A DNA stretch of 45,863 nt. It comes from Atopobiaceae bacterium UBA7016 (GTDB taxonomy: Bacteria; Actinomycetota; Coriobacteriia; Coriobacteriales; Atopobiaceae). The stretch spans positions 1 through 45,863 of the forward strand of contig DJXA01000106.1 in the NCBI GenBank assembly GCA_002449555.1, read 5' to 3'. Below are positions 1 to 6,584 of the stretch, in pieces. Within the stretch, counting starts at the first letter, position 1, and the number at the start of each line of letters is the position of its first letter. The notes below the pieces were generated by a model, which was not told the origin of the DNA, did not search any database, and saw nothing but the letters and a program-made list of their open reading frames with translations. The translations under genes were made by a program, and so were the position numbers.

Positions 1-149
1 GAGAGGTGCGCGCGCTCGAGCTGCGTGAGGATGCCCGAGCCGCCGCCGGCGTCCACGAGCAGGCTGCGCCCGCCCTCGGAGAGCACGAAGCACGTGTTGT
101 AGCACTTGGTGACCACGGCGTTGCCCGTGCCCAGCATGGTGATGCGCAT
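1..149 (-). CDS. MBL-fold metallo-hydrolase; only the N-terminal 49 codons are present because the gene runs off the left edge
   Basis: Reverse-strand ATG at 149-147, with AGGAGG 5 nt upstream (rc of 153-158). Translation is MRITMLGTGNAVVTKCYNTCFVLSEGGRSLLVDAGGGSGILTQLERAHL, the typical start of MBL-fold hydrolases (LGTGNA...LVDxGGG). Too short to appear in the ORF track. Confidence 0.55.
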   Translation of the reverse strand, partial: MRITMLGTGNAVVTKCYNTCFVLSEGGRSLLVDAGGGSGILTQLERAHL

Positions 150-258
150 CAGGACCTCCTCGCTTCCTGTGCGCGATTGTACCCGATGGTGTGCCTTTTG
201 GAGGCGGCTGGGCCTCGAGCGGGCGCTACAATAGTTGATGCCAAGGAAGGGAGGCGCC

Positions 259-1467
259 ATGACCGATAGGCAGGAAGAGGCCCGGCGGCATCTGCAGGCC
301 GTCGCGCATGAGGTCCGCGACGCGACGAGCCGTGGCGCGGCCGACGCGGCCGAGGAGCGCGAGCGCGAGGCAAGCGCGCGCAAGGGCGCGCTCTTCCTGG
401 GTGCGGTCGTGGGCGTCTATGTGCTCTACCTCGCCATCTCCGGCCAGATGGCCACCTTCGTGGCGGCGCTCGCCGGCGTCAGGGCGCCCTGGGTGGTCGG
501 CGCGGCCATCTGCTTCGTCTGGTACTTCATCTTTGGCGTGCTCGCCTATGCCATCGCGGTCTACCTTGACCACGACTCGCCTGTGGGCGTGCTCGACCTC
601 ATGAGCGTCGAGGCGAGCGGTATCTTCTTTGGCAACCTCACGCCCATGATGGCCGGCGCGGTGCCCTCGCAGATCGTGCGCCTCACGCGGACGGGGCTCG
701 ATGTGGGGGAGGCGTCCGCCACGCAGTTCACGCGCTTCATCATGTTCCAGCTGGCGGTGGTGCTCTTCGCCGCGCTCATGCTCGTGGCCAAGCTCTCGTT
801 CTTCTTCGAGGCGTACGGCAACATCGTGGTGCTCAACCTGCTCGTCTTTGGCGTGCACCTGGCCGAGTGCGTGGGGCTCTTCGTCATCTGCCTCTGCCCG
901 GGCCTCGTCAAGCGCGTGGGCAACTGGGCCATCGCGCTGGTGTCCAAACGCGGCTGGCTGAAGGACCGCGCCAAGTGGGACCAGATGGTGAACGTGCAGG
1001 TGGACGAGTTCTCGCAGGCGTTCAAGCGCGCCGCGCGCGACCTGCCGTCGATGGCTCTCACGCTGGTGGTGACGATGGCGCAGCTCGCGTGCCTGTACAT
1101 GATTCCGTGGTTCGTGCTGCGCGCGTTCGGGCGCGACGGCGACTTCCTCGAGTGCCTGGCCGCGGGCTCGATGGTGCAGATGGTGGCCTCCGCCGTGCCG
1201 CTCCCGGGCGGGACGGGCGGCGCCGAGGGCGGCTTCGTGATGTTCTATCAGCGCATGTTTGGGCCCGTGACCTCGGCGGGGTTCATCGTGTGGCGCATCA
1301 TCACGTTCTTTGCACCCACCATCTTGGCCGCGCCGCTCCTGGGCCTGACCACGCGCAATCGCACGGTGAGCATCTACGAGCGCGTACAGCGGCTGAAGCG
1401 AGGCCGCCACGGCGGCGGTGGCGCTGCCGTGCGCATCGACCCGCGGAAGCTCCTGCGCCGCAAGTAA
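259..1467 (+). CDS. UPF0104 / lysyl-PG-synthase-TM-like (flippase-like) integral membrane protein, 402 aa
   Basis: ATG at 259 preceded by GGAAGGGAGG; the track ORF begins at 235. Multiple hydrophobic spans. C-terminal PLPGGTGGAEGGF motif as in the UPF0104/MprF N-terminal family. Confidence 0.75.
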   Translation: MTDRQEEARRHLQAVAHEVRDATSRGAADAAEEREREASARKGALFLGAVVGVYVLYLAISGQMATFVAALAGVRAPWVVGAAICFVWYFIFGVLAYAIAVYLDHDSPVGVLDLMSVEASGIFFGNLTPMMAGAVPSQIVRLTRTGLDVGEASATQFTRFIMFQLAVVLFAALMLVAKLSFFFEAYGNIVVLNLLVFGVHLAECVGLFVICLCPGLVKRVGNWAIALVSKRGWLKDRAKWDQMVNVQVDEFSQAFKRAARDLPSMALTLVVTMAQLACLYMIPWFVLRAFGRDGDFLECLAAGSMVQMVASAVPLPGGTGGAEGGFVMFYQRMFGPVTSAGFIVWRIITFFAPTILAAPLLGLTTRNRTVSIYERVQRLKRGRHGGGGAAVRIDPRKLLRRK

Positions 1468-1470
1468 CAG

Positions 1471-1565
1471 GCGTATGTTGACATGGGGAGGCCCCTTTCT
1501 GTCAACATCAGCAGCGAATCGAAGCTGATGCTGACTGAAAGGGGCCTCCCCATGTCAACATACGC
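1471..1565. repeat. 95-nt composite palindrome made of two inverted 42-nt units (1471-1512 and 1524-1565); probably a bidirectional U-tract-less terminator
   Basis: 1471-1499 (GCGTATGTTGACATGGGGAGGCCCCTTTC) is the exact reverse complement of 1537-1565. Each unit is a 12-nt arm, an 18-nt spacer and a 12-nt inverted arm. The element fills the gap between convergent stop codons at 1467 and 1572. Confidence 0.85.
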
Positions 1566-1571
1566 AATACG

Positions 1572-3056
1572 TTAGAGGGCGAGCTCCTTGGCGCGCTCGA
1601 TGCGGGCGAGCACGTGGTCCTTGCCGGCAAGCGCGAGCGTCTCGCCGATGCCCGGCGACGCGGCGCTACCCACCACGGCAACGCGGATGGGCTGGAAGAC
1701 CTTGCCCTTGCCCATGCCCAGCTTCTCGGGCAGCGGGTCAAGCGCGGCCTCGATGGCCTCGGGCGTCCAGTCCTCAACAGCTGCCAGCGCCTCGGTCGCG
1801 GCGTCCAGCGCCTCGCGGGCACCAGTCTTGGCCAGCCACTTCTTCACGGACTTCTCGTCATACTCAAGCTCGGCGTCTTCCTCATAGAGGAAGGCGGCCT
1901 GGTCGACCACCTGCGGCCCCAGCGTGGTGCGCGGCTTCAGCGCGGCGGCCAGAAGGTCGTACCACGCCGCGTCGTGCAGGCACTCGCCGGCCGGCTCGAA
2001 GCCGGCCGCGTGCAGCTGCGGGATGAGCACCTCGTCGGCGAAGGTCTGGTCATCCATGGCGTGGAGGTACTCGCCGTTGATGAAGTCCAGCTTCTTGGGG
2101 TCCATGATGGCGGGGTTCTTGCTCACATGGTCCAGGCTGAACTCGCTGGCCAGACGCTCGCGGCTGATGACGGTGCTCTCGCCGTCGGGGGCCCAGCCCA
2201 GAAGCGACAGGTAATTGACGAAGGCATCGGACAGGTAGCCTGCGTCGCGATACTCCTCTACGCTGGTGGCGCCGTGGCGCTTGGAGAGCTTCTTGCCGTC
2301 GGTGCCCAGAATCATGGAGATGTGGGCGAAGACGGGCGTAGGCGCGCCGAGGGCCTCATACACCATGATCTGGCGCGGGGTGTTGGAGAGGTGGTCGTCG
2401 CCGCGGATAATGTGGGTGATGCCCATGCGAGCGTCGTCAACCACGGTGGCGAAGTTGTAGGTGGGCGTGCCATCAGAGCGGAAGATGATGAAGTCGTCCA
2501 GCTCCTTGGCGTTGAAAGTCACGTCGCCGTGGACCGCGTCGTGGACGATGACGTCGCCGCGGCCGTCGGGCACCTTGATGCGGATGGTGTAGGGCTCGCC
2601 GGCGTCAACGCGTGCCTGGGCCTCGGCCGGGTCGATGTTGCGGCAGGTGCGCTGGTAGCCCTGGAAGGTGTCCTTGCGCTCCTGGGCGGCCTTGCGGTCA
2701 GCCTCGAGCTTCTCGGGCGTGCAGAAGCAGTAGTAGGCCTTGCCCTCAGCCACCAGGCGCTCGGCGGCCTCGCGATAGATGGGCAGGCACTCGGTCTGCC
2801 AGTAGGGGCCATAGTCTCCGCCGACCTCTGGACCCTCGTCCCAGTCAAGGCCCAGCCAACGCATGGCGCGCAGGATGATCTGCGTGTTCTCGTCGGTGGA
2901 GCGGGTGGGGTCGGTGTCGTCGATGCGCAGGATGAAGGTGCCGCCGGTGGCGCGGGCAAAGGCCCAGTTGTAGATGGCGGTGCGGGCGCCGCCCACATGG
3001 AGCTTGCCGGTGGGCGAGGGCGCGAAGCGCACGCGGACGTTCTGGTTCTCTGACAC
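1572..3056 (-). CDS. gltX: Glutamate--tRNA ligase, 494 aa
   Basis: N-terminus VRFAPSPTGKLHVGGARTA (HIGH-type motif) and KLSKRHG (KMSKS). GTG start at 3056 with GAGAGGAA upstream. Full-length class I GluRS architecture. Confidence 0.95.
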   Translation of the reverse strand: MSENQNVRVRFAPSPTGKLHVGGARTAIYNWAFARATGGTFILRIDDTDPTRSTDENTQIILRAMRWLGLDWDEGPEVGGDYGPYWQTECLPIYREAAERLVAEGKAYYCFCTPEKLEADRKAAQERKDTFQGYQRTCRNIDPAEAQARVDAGEPYTIRIKVPDGRGDVIVHDAVHGDVTFNAKELDDFIIFRSDGTPTYNFATVVDDARMGITHIIRGDDHLSNTPRQIMVYEALGAPTPVFAHISMILGTDGKKLSKRHGATSVEEYRDAGYLSDAFVNYLSLLGWAPDGESTVISRERLASEFSLDHVSKNPAIMDPKKLDFINGEYLHAMDDQTFADEVLIPQLHAAGFEPAGECLHDAAWYDLLAAALKPRTTLGPQVVDQAAFLYEEDAELEYDEKSVKKWLAKTGAREALDAATEALAAVEDWTPEAIEAALDPLPEKLGMGKGKVFQPIRVAVVGSAASPGIGETLALAGKDHVLARIERAKELAL

Positions 3057-3183
3057 GATGGTTCCTCTCGTGACGTGTCTGAATGTGCAGCCTTCCTAGT
3101 ATAGCCCTGGAGCTGGTCTGCCGTCGCGCACTCACAACTTTGCCGCACCACCTGGGTCGGACCCATCGGGGCAATTGGAGTTC

Positions 3184-3275
3184 GATGAGACCAAACGGGG
3201 CCCTCTGGCGTCGCATCCAGCGGAAACTCCGCACGATGAGACCGAACAGGGCCATCTAACGTCGCATCCGGCGGA
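3184..3275. repeat. Two direct copies of a 41-nt sequence (3184-3224 and 3235-3275), 35/41 identical, 51-nt period
   Basis: GATGAGACCAAACGGGGCCCTCTGGCGTCGCATCCAGCGGA versus GATGAGACCGAACAGGGCCATCTAACGTCGCATCCGGCGGA. Located in the 245-nt gap upstream of gltX. Confidence 0.8.
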
Positions 3276-3301
3276 CCACCAAGGACAGTCCTTGGTGGTT
3301 C
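3273..3301 (-). terminator. Hairpin abutting the stop codon of the 3302-4486 gene; copy 1 of the CCACCAAGG...CCTTGGTGG hairpin family
   Basis: ACCACCAAGGAC (3275-3286), loop A, GTCCTTGGTGGT (3288-3299): 12 perfect bp plus 2 more outer pairs. No U-tract. Confidence 0.55.
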
Positions 3302-4486
3302 CTACTTGGCCTGCTTCGCCAGGGAGGAGCGCAGCGTTGCGCCGAGCATAAGCGCCCCGCACGCAACCGCCAGCATCACGGCAATCACCACGCATGATGC
3401 AACTGGGAAATCGGGCCAAGAATGGTCAAAAAGGCCCGCAATAAAGTCGGCCAATGCATTGCACACGTTCGTCACCGGTCCGCTGAACGCTGCGAGGACG
3501 CTGGCCGTCATGTGACGCAGTGATGCGAGCAACGGGTTTTCCAGCACAGCAGCTATAAGCGCGTCAGCGACATCCGTGCGAATCAGCACCCCAGAGGCGC
3601 TCTCGGCCACCAGATACAAGCACGACCCGAGGAAGAGCGGCATGAGCGCCCACACGGGCGACGCCTTCACAGACGCGCCCACGCTGGGTGCCAGAACAAC
3701 CACCGCGACGTAGAGCACAACAAAAACGCAGCAGGTTACGATAGCGTTTGACGTCCCCAGGAGGGCTGTAACTACCAAGGGAATGAGCCCAAGGGCAAAG
3801 GCGATGCCGCAGCCGGCAAGCGCGCCAACAGAGAAGGTGCCTCCATTACCCTTGCTCCGCACTAGTTCAACGATGCGCATAAGCACGCCAACTGCCAGAC
3901 AGGCTAGCACGAGGTAATGCATGATGCGGAAGGCATAGACGCTGTACGTAGCTCGGCTTTCCCCGCTCGCCGTGAAAAACAGAATGGCGCTCACAATGAG
4001 GCCACCGACGGCAACGATGACACCGGGGAATCCGCTGGCATCGTCAAACCCCTCCGCAAATGAGCCAAGCCCAACCCACACGATGAGCACGAGCGCCGCC
4101 AGGCCGATGTAACCAAAGAGGAAGATGGGGTTGTGCGTCTCAAACATATCGCAGATGGCCCAAGAGAGTGTGCCCAGGGCGTATACCAGGCACGTGCTGA
4201 ATAGGCCGAAGCCCGCGATGGGGTGCAGAAGCGACCCTACGAGCAGGTAGGCCAGCAGGCCGAGAAGCGCAGCGGCAAGGGCGATGACAAGCGGGGCGCC
4301 TACCATGACCATGCCAATAATGGGAAGAGCCATGATAATCGGCATGAGAAAGCCTGCTGCGAGGTCCCCGATCGGGTCAAACGGCGTGGCGATGAAGCCA
4401 CCCATCCCGTCAGGGGTGAGCTGCCAAATGTCGCCACCAAGATCAAAGAGGCCGGTATCCCCAAACCAGTCGACGTCAATCCACAT
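3302..4486 (-). CDS. Polytopic membrane protein of unknown function, 394 aa, about 10 hydrophobic spans
   Basis: ATG at 4486 with GGAGGA 5 nt upstream. Long hydrophobic segments throughout. No family motif recognised. Lower GC than neighbours: 55 G+C in 3901-4000 by hand count. Confidence 0.7.
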   Translation of the reverse strand: MWIDVDWFGDTGLFDLGGDIWQLTPDGMGGFIATPFDPIGDLAAGFLMPIIMALPIIGMVMVGAPLVIALAAALLGLLAYLLVGSLLHPIAGFGLFSTCLVYALGTLSWAICDMFETHNPIFLFGYIGLAALVLIVWVGLGSFAEGFDDASGFPGVIVAVGGLIVSAILFFTASGESRATYSVYAFRIMHYLVLACLAVGVLMRIVELVRSKGNGGTFSVGALAGCGIAFALGLIPLVVTALLGTSNAIVTCCVFVVLYVAVVVLAPSVGASVKASPVWALMPLFLGSCLYLVAESASGVLIRTDVADALIAAVLENPLLASLRHMTASVLAAFSGPVTNVCNALADFIAGLFDHSWPDFPVASCVVIAVMLAVACGALMLGATLRSSLAKQAK

Positions 4487-4522
4487 GCCATCCTCCGTCC
4501 CTCGCGCCTAGCAACAAGCCTA

Positions 4523-4565
4523 ACACGAGGAACCACCAAGGACAGTCCTTAGTGGTTCCTCGTGT
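4523..4565. repeat. 43-nt hairpin; copy 2 of the CCACCAAGG...CCTT(A)GTGG family, upstream of the membrane-protein gene
   Basis: ACACGAGGAACCACCAAGGAC (4523-4543), loop A, GTCCTTAGTGGTTCCTCGTGT (4545-4565): 20/21 bp. The 28-nt core at 4532-4559 matches 3275-3302 at 27/28 in the same orientation. Confidence 0.8.
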
Positions 4566-4671
4566 AAACATGCCGTTTCCGAGGGTTCTCGGGGGAATTG
4601 GGTTTCCGTACACTGCTCTCCAACAACCGCATAGCGTTGCCAAAACCTTTGAAGCGGAAGTAAAACCTGCC

Positions 4672-4938
4672 GAGGCGCATACAGAGAGTTCGGGTGGCTG
4701 AGATCCGAGCAGTAGCTGGCAGGCATAATGGACCCGCTGAGGGCGCGAAGAAACCCCTATGCATCTGGGGTGGAAGTCGCGACGGAGGCCCCCGTTACAG
4801 GGCAGGGAAGTGATGGCTTCCCACAGAGAGAGCGGGCGTGCGCGCCCACTAATCGAGGTGGCACCGCAGGTGTCTGTGCTCGTGCACGCGTAGACGCTTG
4901 TCCTCGAGACCCCTATTGGTCGAGGATGGGCGTTTTTT
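4672..4938 (+). promoter_or_regulatory. T-box leader (tRNA-sensing riboswitch), probable Trp specifier, with intrinsic terminator
   Basis: AGAGAG at 4683-4688. AAUGGA with UGG at 4729-4731. F-box CCGUUA at 4792-4797. T-box sequence AAUCGAGGUGGCACCGCAG at 4851-4869 (UGGC bulge at 4859-4862). CGAGG (4854-4858) can pair with CCUCG (4902-4906), which alternatively sits in a terminator stem (4895-4932) followed by U6 (4933-4938). Possible promoter TTGCCA (4637-4642) with TAAAAC about 18 nt downstream. Confidence 0.85.
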
Positions 4939-4997
4939 CATGGCCAGAGGCCAGGCTCGTCCTCACGGCGCCGCACGGCGCAGAAAGGAGGCCGACC

Positions 4998-6407
4998 ATG
5001 GCCAAGAAGGACCCCTACCGCATCTACCTGCCCGAAGACCAGATCCCCACCAGCTATTACAACCTGCGGGCTGACATGCCCAACAAACCCGGGCGGATGC
5101 TCCTGCCCAACGGCGTGCCCGCTGAGGTGGGGCACATCGCGCCCGTCTTTGCCGAGGAGCTCTGCCGCCAGGAGCTCGACGACGACACGCGCTACACGCC
5201 CATCCCCGAGGGCATCCGCGAGATGTACAAGATCTATCGCCCGTCGCCGCTGTGCCGCGCCTACAACCTTGAGCAGGCGCTCGGCACGCCCGCGAAGATC
5301 TACTACAAGTTCGAGGGCAACAACACGAGCGGCTCGCACAAGCTCAACTCCGCGCTTGCCCAGGCGTACTACGCCTGCCAGCAGGGCCTCTCCACCATCA
5401 CCACCGAGACGGGCGCCGGCCAGTGGGGCACCGCCCTGTCCGAGGCGGCGGCGCGCTTCGGCCTCGAGTGCGACGTCTTCATGGTGCGCGCGAGCTACGA
5501 GCAGAAGCCCTTCCGCCGGTCGGTGATGGAGACGTTTGGCGCGCAGGTCACGCCGAGCCCCTCGGACACCACTGAGATCGGCCGCAAGATGCTGGAGAAC
5601 CCGGACAACTACACGGGCTCGCTCGGCACGGCCATCTCCGAGGCCGTCGAGCGCGCGCTGCACGTGCCCGAGAACCGCGGACGCTACCAGCTGGGAAGCG
5701 TGCTCAACCAGGTGCTGCTGCACCAGTCCATCATCGGCCTGGAGTGCGAGACGGCCTTTGCGCAGCTGGGCGAGTACCCCGACGTGGTGGTGGGCTGCGC
5801 GGGCGGCGGCTCCAACCTGGGCGGCCTCATCGCGCCGTTCATGCGCGACAAGCTAACGGGCGTGCGTCCCGACACGCGCTTCGTGGCCGTTGAGCCCGCG
5901 AGCTGCCCGAGCCTCACGCGCGGGCGTTACGCCTACGACTACCCCGATACCGGCAGGACCGCCCCGCTCTGCAAGATGTATACGCTGGGCAACGGCTTCA
6001 TCCCCAGCCCTGACCACGCCGGCGGCCTGCGCTTCCACGGCATGGCGCCCATCATATCGCAGCTCAAGTACGACGGCTACCTTGAGGCCATTGCCGTCAA
6101 GCAGACCGACGTCTTCGAGGCGGCCGAGCTCTTCGCCAAGCTGGAGACCATCCTTCCGGCACCCGAGAGCGCCCACGCCATCCTCGGCGCCATCCGCGAG
6201 GCGCAGGCGTGCAAGGAGACGGGCGAGGAGAAGGTCATTCTCTTCGGCCTGACCGGCACCGGGTACTTCGACCTGACCGCCTACGAGGCCTACAACAACG
6301 GCACCATGGTGGACCACATCCCCACGGACGAGGAGCTCGAGGCCGGCTTCGCCTCCATCCCCGCGGTGCCGGGCATCCAGGCGCAAGGAGGCCTCCCGCT
6401 GGCGTAG
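4998..6407 (+). CDS. trpB: TrpB2-type tryptophan synthase beta-like PLP enzyme, 469 aa, stand-alone
   Basis: ATG at 4998 with GAAAGGAGG upstream; the track ORF starting at 4728 runs through the T-box leader. Motifs FEGNNTSGSHKLNSA (PLP lysine) and GCAGGGSNLGG. Length and N-terminus are typical of the long TrpB2 clade. No trpA or other trp genes nearby. Confidence 0.85.
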   Translation: MAKKDPYRIYLPEDQIPTSYYNLRADMPNKPGRMLLPNGVPAEVGHIAPVFAEELCRQELDDDTRYTPIPEGIREMYKIYRPSPLCRAYNLEQALGTPAKIYYKFEGNNTSGSHKLNSALAQAYYACQQGLSTITTETGAGQWGTALSEAAARFGLECDVFMVRASYEQKPFRRSVMETFGAQVTPSPSDTTEIGRKMLENPDNYTGSLGTAISEAVERALHVPENRGRYQLGSVLNQVLLHQSIIGLECETAFAQLGEYPDVVVGCAGGGSNLGGLIAPFMRDKLTGVRPDTRFVAVEPASCPSLTRGRYAYDYPDTGRTAPLCKMYTLGNGFIPSPDHAGGLRFHGMAPIISQLKYDGYLEAIAVKQTDVFEAAELFAKLETILPAPESAHAILGAIREAQACKETGEEKVILFGLTGTGYFDLTAYEAYNNGTMVDHIPTDEELEAGFASIPAVPGIQAQGGLPLA

Positions 6408-6420
6408 CGCGTACGAGTGT

Positions 6421-6491
6421 CGCCATCAGCAAGTGAACCACCGGACCAGAGGGTCGGACCCTCTGGCTCGGTGGTTGACTTGCTGATGGCG
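6421..6491. repeat. 71-nt near-perfect palindrome after trpB2; probable U-tract-less terminator
   Basis: 6421-6455 pairs with 6457-6491 at 32/35 positions. The core GGACCAGAGGGTCGGACC (6443-6460) recurs inverted at 41045-41062. Confidence 0.8.
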
Positions 6492-6584
6492 GTGGGTTGC
6501 GTTCTGGCGGTGCGGGATTCGCTCGAGCGCCCAGTCGACTACAATGGTCTGCGGCGCAGGCGAGCGAGGAGAGGAGCGTGGCGC

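Noticed and set aside
1478-1483. TTGACA hexamers inside every GCGAATGTTGAC arm, read as -35 promoter boxes (also at 26279-26284 and 42732-42737).
   Set aside because: None has a TATAAT-like hexamer 16-18 nt downstream. The hexamer is part of the palindrome arm on both strands.
4518-4565. Integron attC-like site next to the low-GC membrane gene. GCCTAAC at 4518-4524 fits RYYYAAC.
   Set aside because: There is no complementary GTTRRRY at the other end, no intI, and no cassette array. The two flanking hairpins are direct copies rather than attC-type imperfect sites.
4728-4997. N-terminal extensions of real genes in the ORF track: trpB2 from 4728, MBOAT from 6417, yhgE from 12081, fmt from 22062, DAK2 from 27491, thpR from 17370.
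   Set aside because: The extensions run through the T-box leader, palindromes or the upstream gene. In every case an internal ATG or GTG with a proper Shine-Dalgarno matches the family's usual N-terminus.
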